A DNA stretch of 64,000 bases from an uncultured Verrucomicrobiae bacterium (GTDB taxonomy: Bacteria; Verrucomicrobiota; Verrucomicrobiia; Chthoniobacterales; JAFAMB01): NCBI GenBank assembly GCA_963837955.1, contig CAWIPH010000002.1, forward strand, positions 2,656,001 to 2,720,000, read 5' to 3'. Below are positions 40,513 to 49,388 of the stretch, in pieces (the stretch's first letter is position 1; each line of letters begins with the position of its first letter). The position numbers and the translations under genes are program-made. The notes under the pieces were generated by a model. It worked only from the letters and a program-made list of their open reading frames with translations. It was not told the DNA's origin and searched no databases.

Positions 40513-42378
40513 CTAGATGAGATCGGCGAGCACTAACGTTACCTTTCGCTGCCCATCTTTGCCCTGCACCTGAAGCTTTACCTGGGTCCCTGCCGGTTGT
40601 TTGAATTTTTCCCGAAGGTCGCTGATTTGAGTAGTGCTAAGTTTCGATCCGTTGATGGCCAAGATGTGGTCACCCACCTGCAGGCCAGCCTTTGCCGCGG
40701 GCCCATCTTTAACCACATCTTTCACTTCGCAGCCTCCGTCGGCATCATTCATGATCCATAGCCCGGAACGATCAAACACGTCCGGCTTGGTAAAATTTGC
40801 GTTAGGCTCAAGATAGAGGACTTGATTCGCGTAATCGAGCGTCACCGTAAACCGCTTAAGCAGGCCGCTTCCTAGATTGCCAGCGATCTGTGTCGATGCA
40901 GACGCTCCTTTTTCACCAAGCTCAATCATACCGACTGGCGCGGTCACCTCGACGGTTCCTATTTTCAGCTTATGCGGTCGCACCAGGAGAGCCCGAGCCG
41001 GCCCCCCAACCCCATAACCTCCGATCACTTCGGTCGTCGCTTTATATTTCTCCTTTAGCTCATTTTTTTCGGCAAATGGCCGCATGATCGAAAGCGATGC
41101 CCGGTTTCCTGTATCAATCTCGAATTCACCCGGAATCCCGTCGATCTCTCCTTGCACTACCGGAACATGGTTACTGAAGGTAAACGAGATTTTGACGGCA
41201 CCTTTCGGAGGATGGAAAGATTCCGGGCTAGTTATTGTGAGTTTGCTGTTCGCATAATCGATCTTCACGACGGCTCGGCGAGCAATTTCGTAGCCGACTA
41301 GACCATCGCAGGAGACGCCTTCGACTTTGGCCAACCCACTCAAGTCAAACGACGTGAAAACTTGGTCTTTTAGTTTGGTCCCCGCGACTTCGGTTTGAGC
41401 AATCTTGGCCAGGCCATAAGCTGACACACTATCACCGAATCCTCCGCCCGGGAGCGCTCCTTCCGTTTTGATTCCCGCCGATTTGGCCAGCTCAGCGCTA
41501 ACCGTGTTCGTAGCGCCTGTATCGAAGATAAAATGCTCGCCCATTTTTCCGTCTAAACGGACCGGGAGATAGATGTGATTGTTGAGCAATCGAAAAGAGG
41601 TGGTGACCTCTTTCTGGCCCGGTGGAAAGACTAAGGCATCAACTACCTCTTTGGGCGGATCAAAACGTTCTGCCGCGATCTCCGAATTGAGATCAATTTT
41701 TTCTGAGTAAATTTTTTGATCATATTTGGGATCTCCTATACTCACCCGGGTCTGAAATGGGATCAGCAAACCATTGACATCGCGAAAGTCCGAGAAGTAG
41801 CTGGTTTGCGGTTGTTCGCCGGTGAGATCCACCATTCGGACCACTAGATGGCTCGATTGATCAAACCAAACCTCGAACGGATCGGACGCTTTCGGCTTGA
41901 ACGTAATGACATCACACGGCTTTCCCTCATTCTCCTTTACTCCGCTGTAATGCATCTCAGTCGGATAACGATCGGGAAACAAGAAACCATGGGTGGCCTG
42001 ATAAAACTCTTTGATTGCATTGGCGATGGATTCGCTACTGGTCTCAATGCGGAGTTGATCACTCGCGTCCGTCGACCAGGAAACCTTACTATTCCAACCT
42101 TGGGAACCCTTGGCCGGCCCAAGATTGTAGATCTGGGCGCCGCGGAGGTCAGGTAGGTCAAGCCAGGCCTCGTATTTTCCGTCTATTCCACCGACACTCA
42201 ACTTGCCGGTCTCGTGCCAGAATTTTATCTCGTCCCACTTCTTACCGCCCGTAGCGGCCTTGGAAGCTTCGATAATCTTGGCCGGTTGATCGCCGGTCGG
42301 TTCATCCGCCGAAGTAAGTAGCGGAAACGAACACACAATCAGGAGCGGCATTAGTCTCCGCAGTTGTAGGCTGGCCAT
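40513..42378 (-). CDS. Secreted tandem retropepsin-like aspartyl protease with C-terminal PDZ domain
   Basis: Signal peptide; IFDTGA and IDTGN; GPAAKAGLQVGD.I.AING. Confidence 0.9.
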   Translation of the reverse strand: MASLQLRRLMPLLIVCSFPLLTSADEPTGDQPAKIIEASKAATGGKKWDEIKFWHETGKLSVGGIDGKYEAWLDLPDLRGAQIYNLGPAKGSQGWNSKVSWSTDASDQLRIETSSESIANAIKEFYQATHGFLFPDRYPTEMHYSGVKENEGKPCDVITFKPKASDPFEVWFDQSSHLVVRMVDLTGEQPQTSYFSDFRDVNGLLIPFQTRVSIGDPKYDQKIYSEKIDLNSEIAAERFDPPKEVVDALVFPPGQKEVTTSFRLLNNHIYLPVRLDGKMGEHFIFDTGATNTVSAELAKSAGIKTEGALPGGGFGDSVSAYGLAKIAQTEVAGTKLKDQVFTSFDLSGLAKVEGVSCDGLVGYEIARRAVVKIDYANSKLTITSPESFHPPKGAVKISFTFSNHVPVVQGEIDGIPGEFEIDTGNRASLSIMRPFAEKNELKEKYKATTEVIGGYGVGGPARALLVRPHKLKIGTVEVTAPVGMIELGEKGASASTQIAGNLGSGLLKRFTVTLDYANQVLYLEPNANFTKPDVFDRSGLWIMNDADGGCEVKDVVKDGPAAKAGLQVGDHILAINGSKLSTTQISDLREKFKQPAGTQVKLQVQGKDGQRKVTLVLADLI

Positions 42379-42468
42379 AAGCTTTGAACGGAGTCTTAGA
42401 TTCGAGCGCGCGCAAGGTGATAAGAGGACAATTTCCGATTGGGAACCATTCCTAGGGCTTCGCCCTAG

Positions 42469-42766
42469 GAGGGTGTCGGACTTCGCTCGAACAAAATGAT
42501 GAATGGGTTTTCAGCGCCGAAGGCGCGACTCATGATAGCCTAGGGCGAAGCCCTAGGAATACGCCCCCCCAACCCGTGACGCACTGAAGGTGCGTGTCAA
42601 CATTTACCTTAGTTCAACGTTATGTTCACGTATTATTGTCACGCGCTTTCAGCGCTGATCGCCCGTTTTATTATAGTTCCTAGGGCTTCGCCCTAGGCTA
42701 TCTTGAAACGCGGCTTCGCCGCTGAAACCGTTCGGCAATTTTGTTCAAGCGAAGTCCGACACCCTC
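42469..42766. mobile_element. 298-bp MITE with 29-bp TIRs and CTAG target duplication
   Basis: TIR GAGGGTGTCGGACTTCGCT(C/T)GAACAAAAT; CTAG at 42465-42468 and 42767-42770; internal CCTAGGGCGAAGCCCTAGG REP doublet. Confidence 0.8.
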
Positions 42767-42894
42767 CTAGGCTATCCTGAGTCCCGCTTTCGGCTCTCTG
42801 AGCGAACTTCGCCCTACGTGCATTGAGACCCTGCGGAGTACCCACATAAACCTAGATTGTCGGCGATTGGAATTTAGCCTATATAGAGGGCGCG

Positions 42895-43761
42895 ATGGCA
42901 GTAATGCGTGAGACGCTACTCCGGGCCGATCCGCGTTACTTTCAAATCGCCGCGTTGGGCTCTCTTCTATTCTATGGCTGCACCCGGCTAGGATTTGAGA
43001 TCGATGGGTTGCAGATCACTCTGACGCTGGCGGCCGCGGTCGGTGTGCAGCTCCTTTTGGCCTGGGTGACTCGAGCGGATGCGCGGTCTGATATACGCAG
43101 CGCCCTCATTACGGGTTTGTCGCTCTGTCTTCTCTTGCGAACCAACACCGTCTGGTTCGCCGCAGTGGCGGCGGCAGCGGCGATTCTTAGCAAATTTGTC
43201 ATTCGCTTTCGAGGTAAACATTTGTTCAACCCGGCCAACTTCGGCTTGGTCATTCTCTTGATAGCGGGTCCGCGAATCGCCTGGTGTTCCGCCGGTCAAT
43301 GGGGTTCGACAACTGTGCTCACCTTTTTCTTTGTGTGTCTTGGTTTATTGGTTGTGTATCGAGCACGTCGCGCGGATATCTCGTTCGCATTCCTGGTGGG
43401 CTACGCCATCCTGCTTTTCGGTCGCTCGGCCTGGCTGGGCGAACCCTTGACCATTCCGTGGCATCGCCTGCAAAGCGGAGCGTTGCTGTTGTTTGCTTTC
43501 TTCATGATCTCCGATCCGCGAAGTACTCCGAACTCCTGGATCGGACGATTGATTTTCGCGCTGTTGGTCGTTCTCGGTACCGGCTTCGTTCAATTCGTAT
43601 TGAACCGCCCAAATGGCCTTTTCTTCAGCTTGGCGGTCTTCTCGCTGTCGGTGCCGCTCATCGACTTATTGTTTCCGGCCGTTCACTACGAATGGTCGCA
43701 GCTCACTAAAGTGCCGGGCTCAGGGACTCGTTCCATCTTTCCCGACCGGCCAGTCACCTAA
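42895..43761 (+). CDS. Stand-alone RnfD/NqrB-like membrane protein
   Basis: SALITGLSL.LLL, SKF......KHLFNPANFG, FFMISDPRSTP. Confidence 0.8.
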   Translation: MAVMRETLLRADPRYFQIAALGSLLFYGCTRLGFEIDGLQITLTLAAAVGVQLLLAWVTRADARSDIRSALITGLSLCLLLRTNTVWFAAVAAAAAILSKFVIRFRGKHLFNPANFGLVILLIAGPRIAWCSAGQWGSTTVLTFFFVCLGLLVVYRARRADISFAFLVGYAILLFGRSAWLGEPLTIPWHRLQSGALLLFAFFMISDPRSTPNSWIGRLIFALLVVLGTGFVQFVLNRPNGLFFSLAVFSLSVPLIDLLFPAVHYEWSQLTKVPGSGTRSIFPDRPVT

Positions 43762-43804
43762 ATTACGCTTTCTCGTTCCATTGAAATTGAATCGCTGTGA
43801 TCCT

Positions 43805-45157
43805 ATGACGACCTCCCGACTCTCCCTCCTCCTCATCTGTTCTGTCCTTTGCTTATCCAGCGCAGACCTGTGCGCCTTCTGCGGTTTCTATGTAGCTAAG
43901 GCCGACACGAAGATTTTTAACCAGGCTTCCAAAGTGGTAATGGTGCGGGATGACGATCGAACCGTCCTGACTCTAGCGAACGATTTCCAAGGCGACGCCA
44001 AAGATTTTGCGGTGGTAATCCCCGTGCCGACGGTCTTGGAAAAAGGCCAGATCCATGTCGGGGATAATGCGTTGATCGACCATCTTGATGCCTATTCTGC
44101 GCCGCGGCTCGTCGAGTATTGGGACGAAGACCCCTGCGCAATTCGTTATCGGGCTCAAGCAGTACCAAATGCGCCGAGCGGGGCCGCCGCTCCAAATCAG
44201 AGTCGAGCTTCAGCTCTCGGCGTAAAGATCGAAGCCCAATACACCGTCGGCGAATACGATATCGTGATTCTCTCGGCTGAGCAGAGTAACGGGCTGGAAA
44301 CCTGGCTGACGGAGAGTGGTTACAAAATCCCCAGTGGCGCCGCCAGCGTCCTGGAGAGTTACATCAAACAGAATCTGCGCTTTTTCGTCGCCAAAGTGAA
44401 TCTGGAAGAAAAGGGGAAACTCGGTTTCACTTATTTGCGGCCGCTCCAGTTGGCCTACGAGAGCAGCAAATTCATGTTACCGATCCGGCTCGGGACGGTG
44501 AACGCGAACGGCAGCCAGGAACTGTTTGTATTTGCCTTGAGCCGGCAAGGCCGCGTGGAAACCACTAACTACCGCACGGTGAAACTAAACTCGGATTTGG
44601 AAGTGCCACTGTTTATCAAAGATGATTTCTCCCATTTTTATCGATCGATGTTTGATCGTGCCGTGCAACGGGAAGACATGCGGGTCGTTTTCCTGGAATA
44701 CGCGTGGGATATGGGATGGTGCGATCCGTGCGCAGCGGAACCGTTAACCAACGACGAATTACGAAAGCTGGGCGTTTTCTGGTTAGACGACACTGACCCG
44801 CCCTCTAGCAAAACTGGTAGCAACCGTCCGATTGTTCGACCTTACGGCGGAACCAACGTATTCGTGACACGGCTACATCTGCGCTACGATGCCGCGCATT
44901 TCCCCGAGGATTTGGCATTCCAACAGACGGGCGATCGCGAGAATTTTCAGGGAAGATACATTCTGCGCCACCCCTGGACCGGCGAAGCAAAATGCGAGGC
45001 GGCCAGAGCCTATCTTAGATCCCTCGACACCCGCCATCGAACGGAAGCGGAGAATCTCGCCAATCTCACCGGTTGGGATATCCAAGAGATCTACAAGAAG
45101 ATGAATTTTCAGCCCGTGAACGGGAATAAAAAGTGGTGGCAAAAGATCTGGGAATAA
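43805..45157 (+). CDS. DUF2330-family exported protein
   Basis: Signal then AFCGFYVA; FA.V.PVP; VGEYDI..LS; FFVAKV; MLPIRLG; CDPC; VTRLH.RY. Confidence 0.85.
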   Translation: MTTSRLSLLLICSVLCLSSADLCAFCGFYVAKADTKIFNQASKVVMVRDDDRTVLTLANDFQGDAKDFAVVIPVPTVLEKGQIHVGDNALIDHLDAYSAPRLVEYWDEDPCAIRYRAQAVPNAPSGAAAPNQSRASALGVKIEAQYTVGEYDIVILSAEQSNGLETWLTESGYKIPSGAASVLESYIKQNLRFFVAKVNLEEKGKLGFTYLRPLQLAYESSKFMLPIRLGTVNANGSQELFVFALSRQGRVETTNYRTVKLNSDLEVPLFIKDDFSHFYRSMFDRAVQREDMRVVFLEYAWDMGWCDPCAAEPLTNDELRKLGVFWLDDTDPPSSKTGSNRPIVRPYGGTNVFVTRLHLRYDAAHFPEDLAFQQTGDRENFQGRYILRHPWTGEAKCEAARAYLRSLDTRHRTEAENLANLTGWDIQEIYKKMNFQPVNGNKKWWQKIWE

Positions 45158-45251
45158 AGGAGTTACCGAATAAGAAGTAGGGACTCCGCGTCTGACAATT
45201 CTGAATGGCAGTCGTGCACCTGACATCAACTCAGAACTCCTCGTGCTTTCT

Positions 45252-45611
45252 ATGACGCAAGAACAAAGAGAAGCTGTGGTGGACCTTCTCCTCCTCGGCA
45301 TGTTTGCAGATGCTCCCCTGAGGGTTAGCGAAGATCAGAAACTGCTCTCCGTGATCGAGGAAATCGGCTGGGAGTCGTATCAAACGCCCGATCTCTATCT
45401 CCAATCGGCGATCGCAAAGGCCCGTGAAGCCTCCGATACGGAAATTGGCACGAAGCACCGGCTGGAAAAGATCGGCCATGAACTGGACGACGCCCCGCTC
45501 CGACAACGCGCGCTAGACTATCTCATTCAGTTTCTGGGAGTCGACGGAGCTGTCGACATTGATGAATCGAAATTTCTCGAACTCGCCAGGAAAGCATTGC
45601 AAGCGCCCTAA
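45252..45611 (+). CDS. Hypothetical protein, TerB-like helical fold
   Basis: DLLLLGMFAD.....ED and VDG.VD.DE..FL repeats. Confidence 0.6.
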   Translation: MTQEQREAVVDLLLLGMFADAPLRVSEDQKLLSVIEEIGWESYQTPDLYLQSAIAKAREASDTEIGTKHRLEKIGHELDDAPLRQRALDYLIQFLGVDGAVDIDESKFLELARKALQAP

Positions 45612-45815
45612 GTGTTTTATGAGAGGTCGACATCCGGCAGTTTTCTACCGTGAGTTCGTCGACGAACTTCCGGTCGACGCTTCTATTCTTTAGCGCAGCG
45701 CGACCTCAACCCCGGGCGCTGACCCACGCCGGAAGGCATTCGCTGAGAATCCCGACGAAGCCCCAGTCCGGCGCACCGATGCTCCGGCTTTGCCTTAGCG
45801 AGATGAATGCGGCAA

Positions 45816-46718
45816 CTATTGGTTGCTCTCGCTGCTCAGAATATTCCGCCGCGCGAAGCGATCGTTGCTTTGGCGACGCAGAATCACAAATGTATTATTC
45901 TCGCCGTACATCGCCCAAGGACCAGGCGAAACCTCTTTGAATTCTACGAAACGCCAGTCGCAGGCATCTTTATTCCCGAGACCAAGGTAGTCGCGAACTG
46001 CAGGCGAAACGTCCAGTCCAGCGCCTTGGTTGAGATTCGGGCGCGGACGCTCGTTCCCAAAGACATACTGCCAGTGATCCGTACGAAACGGACCACAATC
46101 CTCCCACTGAGCATAGCAGATACGGTTACCGTGCCGAATACAAAGCCAGCGGCTCTTTAGAACCGTTTGTCCGTCACGAACGAAAGATTGCTTGAACCAA
46201 GGAACGACCTGGGCGGCCTCCGGCTTAGTGTGGCTGTATTCCACGTCGTTGTAGGGCAACGCTACATAAAAAGGGTTTTGCCGCGGAATGAAATTGACCG
46301 GGATGTAATTGCGTCGACCAGACGGGTCCGGATTATCGTATCCTCCGTAACTGCTGCTCCAATATTTGTCCCAAGAGCTTCTGTCGTTAGGTACCGGGTT
46401 GTTGCCAGAGGGCCGTTCACCAATCCAGAAAATGGTGGTGACAATGTTTAGCTTCCAAGGGTATCGCCCGGAACCGATCGCCAGACCGTTGCTGCGACCC
46501 ATCAATGAAGGACCACTCTGATAACGCGGTCCACCTCCCGTGAATGTCGTTTTGGTCGGCGACATGATCACTTTCGGTTCGACCTTAAGTAGCGCGTTTT
46601 CCCGCAACTTCATCGCGTACTTCGCAAAATCGGTACTACTCTCGTACTGAGTTTGGGCAAATGCAGCACCACCAAACAAGAACGAGACCGACGCCAAGAT
46701 GGGAAAATAAGACCGCAT
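45816..46718 (-). CDS. Secreted hypothetical protein, possible double-psi-barrel glycan-acting domain
   Basis: Signal peptide AFA-Q; I.TT.FWIGE, NPFYVALPYND, YAQWEDCGPF, GLDVSPAV..YL. Confidence 0.65.
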   Translation of the reverse strand: MRSYFPILASVSFLFGGAAFAQTQYESSTDFAKYAMKLRENALLKVEPKVIMSPTKTTFTGGGPRYQSGPSLMGRSNGLAIGSGRYPWKLNIVTTIFWIGERPSGNNPVPNDRSSWDKYWSSSYGGYDNPDPSGRRNYIPVNFIPRQNPFYVALPYNDVEYSHTKPEAAQVVPWFKQSFVRDGQTVLKSRWLCIRHGNRICYAQWEDCGPFRTDHWQYVFGNERPRPNLNQGAGLDVSPAVRDYLGLGNKDACDWRFVEFKEVSPGPWAMYGENNTFVILRRQSNDRFARRNILSSESNQ

Positions 46719-46863
46719 GCGGAGTGTGTTTTTCTGTTTTACGAGCAGCGGGAGCCAAAGAGCAAGAGATTTCTGCATTTTTACAACTCAAATCTGCGTG
46801 TTTTCGCCATCTACGGTCCGAATGGGCCCTACTTTAGCTTATTTAGGACAATTTCAATAACTT

Positions 46864-48462
46864 TCAGTATCGAAATAATACTGAATCGCGACGATAGCCG
46901 GACTCGTCTGTTTCCGGATAGTCGAGCGTAAAATGGAGGCCCCTGCTTTCTTTTCTAGCCAAAGCAGAGTCCACGATCAAACTCGCCACCGTACAAAGGT
47001 TGCGCAGCTCGAGTAAATCGGTGGACAAATTAAAGTCCCAATAAAATTCCTGAATTTCCCGCTGCAAATTCCGCAGTCGGGTGCTCGCCCGCTGGAGCCT
47101 CTTGTTGGTGCGCACGATACCGACGTAGTCCCACATCAGCCGGCGGATCTCATCCCAGTTGTGATAGACCACGACCAGTTCATCGACATCTTGAGCGTGA
47201 CCAGGCCGCCAATCTGGTAGTTGCACTTCCTGATGGTATTTAGAGTATTTCGGCCGCAACAAGGCGCTCGCGCAACGCTTGGCTAGAACCACCGCTTCAA
47301 GTAGCGAATTGCTTGCCAAGCGATTGGCTCCGTGCAGGCCGGTACAAGCCACTTCGCCTATCGCAAAGAGCCCGCGCAAAGTCGTTGCGCCATCGATATC
47401 AGTTCGGACACCTCCACATTGATAATGTGCGGCCGGTACGATCGGGATCGGCTGGACGGTGATATCAATCCCCAGACCCAGGCAAGTCTCGTAAATATTG
47501 GGAAATCGTTCTTTGATAAAAGCGGCCGGTTTCCGCGTGATATCGAGATACATGCAGGGCGCGCCCGTCCGCTTCATTTCCGCATCGATGGCCCGAGCAA
47601 CAATGTCACGCGGCGCAAGAGCCCCGAGGCGATGGTATTTGGTCATGAATTCGCGACCATTGGCGTCCACCAAAATCCCCCCCTCGCCCCGCACCGCTTC
47701 GGTAATGAGGAACGACCTAGCCGCAGGATGAAAAAGACAGGTCGGATGAAATTGAATAAATTCCATGTTGGCGATGGCCGCACCTGCCCGCCAAGCCATG
47801 GCCACGCCATCGCCGGTAGCGATGTTCGGGTTTGTTGTATAGAGGTAAACTTTGCCGCAGCCACCGGTAGCAAGAATCACCCGATCTGTACGTAACCATT
47901 TTACCGCGCCGGTTTCTTCATCCAATACGTAAACGCCGACGACTCGATCCTCCGCAGCGTAGCCCAGCCTTCCGGTCGTGATGAGGTCGACCGCCATGTG
48001 ATTTGATAGAACTGTGACGTTTGATGTCGCTTCCAGCGCTGCGACCAAGCGCTGCTCGATCTCTCGACCGGTCATATCAAGGTAATGCAGAACTCGGCGC
48101 TTAGAGTGGCCGCCTTCCTTTGTCAGATCGAGTTCCCGGTGACCATCTTCCAATACCCGTTCATCGAAATGCACACCCCACTTGATCAAATCCTGAATCG
48201 CCGCGGGACCTTCGGTGATTATCGTCCGGACGACGTCTTCATGACACAAGCCGGCTCCGGCGATCAGCGTATCTTTCACGTGCAAGTCGAAGGAGTCTTC
48301 CGCACTTGTCACCGCGGCGACTCCGCCTTGCGCCCATGCTGTATTCGATTCGCCCAGGGTTCGTTTCGTCACCAGTGCGACCGAACCATACTGGGCGACG
48401 TTCAAGGCTAGACTCAGACCAGCGATCCCGCTGCCAATAATGACAAAATCGAACTGGTTCAT
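46864..48462 (-). CDS. nadB: L-aspartate oxidase
   Basis: GSGIAGL, WAQGG, EGGHS..R, QFHPT, HGANRLASNSLLE, ESRGLH. Confidence 0.96.
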   Translation of the reverse strand: MNQFDFVIIGSGIAGLSLALNVAQYGSVALVTKRTLGESNTAWAQGGVAAVTSAEDSFDLHVKDTLIAGAGLCHEDVVRTIITEGPAAIQDLIKWGVHFDERVLEDGHRELDLTKEGGHSKRRVLHYLDMTGREIEQRLVAALEATSNVTVLSNHMAVDLITTGRLGYAAEDRVVGVYVLDEETGAVKWLRTDRVILATGGCGKVYLYTTNPNIATGDGVAMAWRAGAAIANMEFIQFHPTCLFHPAARSFLITEAVRGEGGILVDANGREFMTKYHRLGALAPRDIVARAIDAEMKRTGAPCMYLDITRKPAAFIKERFPNIYETCLGLGIDITVQPIPIVPAAHYQCGGVRTDIDGATTLRGLFAIGEVACTGLHGANRLASNSLLEAVVLAKRCASALLRPKYSKYHQEVQLPDWRPGHAQDVDELVVVYHNWDEIRRLMWDYVGIVRTNKRLQRASTRLRNLQREIQEFYWDFNLSTDLLELRNLCTVASLIVDSALARKESRGLHFTLDYPETDESGYRRDSVLFRY

Positions 48463-49301
48463 TCCAGAAGCCGGTTATCAATCAGTCGCGTTGTTCCGAA
48501 GAAGACAGCCGCGGCGAGCAGCATGGGGGGGCGCAAGCTGGTAACAGGCTGGAGATTCTCAGGGTCGACTGCTACCACATAGTCGACCTTCGCTAGCGAC
48601 GCGAGTTCCATTTCGGCCCGCATCCATTTCACCAAACCCGTAACTGATCCCCGGCCCTCGCGAACCTTCTTCTCCGCTCGTTGCAATACTTGCTGGATGA
48701 CAGGTGCTTGCTCGCGTTCCTCCGTACTAAGATAAATATTTCGTGAACTCAGAGCCAGCCCGTCTGGTTCTCGAACCGTCGGATGCGCCTCAAGCCGGAC
48801 AGAAAAATTCAGGTCGCGGACCAATCGTCTAATAATGGCAAATTGCTGGAAGTCTTTGGCACCAAAGATCGCGACGTCGGGACAAAATAGATTCAACAGT
48901 TTCGCCACGACCGTGCAGACCCCGGCAAAATGACCTGGACGCGACGCTCCGCACATCACCGTCGAAAGCGAGTTTTCGACAACCACGACTGATCGATCGC
49001 CAAAATACATATCGGACGCCGCCGGGGCGAAGAGCAGATCGCAACCGTTTTGTTTGAGCAACGCCGAGTCTGTAGCAAACGGACGCGGGTACTGCGCAAA
49101 ATCTTCTGAAGGCCCAAACTGCGCCGGATTCACAAAGATGCTGGCGGCGGCCGTACCTGTGCCCTGGGCAAGTTTCCGAGCCCGCCGCACCAGGGCGAGG
49201 TGGCCTTCATGTAGCGCGCCCATGGTCGGAACCAGCACAAGCGGGCGCGGCGCTGTGGAGATGATCTGCCGCAGCTTCAACGGGTCTCTGACTATGCGCA
49301 T
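48459..49301 (-). CDS. panC: Pantoate-beta-alanine ligase
   Basis: VPTMGALHEGH, FVNP.QF, RPGHF.GV, GLALSSRN, RLIDN. Confidence 0.96.
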   Translation of the reverse strand: MRIVRDPLKLRQIISTAPRPLVLVPTMGALHEGHLALVRRARKLAQGTGTAAASIFVNPAQFGPSEDFAQYPRPFATDSALLKQNGCDLLFAPAASDMYFGDRSVVVVENSLSTVMCGASRPGHFAGVCTVVAKLLNLFCPDVAIFGAKDFQQFAIIRRLVRDLNFSVRLEAHPTVREPDGLALSSRNIYLSTEEREQAPVIQQVLQRAEKKVREGRGSVTGLVKWMRAEMELASLAKVDYVVAVDPENLQPVTSLRPPMLLAAAVFFGTTRLIDNRLLE

Positions 49302-49388
49302 GTCCAAAGCGGAATTTAGAATAAAAACGTCGGGTCAGCGAATCGGGCACAATAGAACTCGCAACCTGAAACCGCCAACCTGCAACTT

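Noticed and set aside
43613..43804. Overlapping long N-terminus of DUF2330
   Set aside because: It overlaps the upstream gene; the signal peptide starts at ATG 43805.
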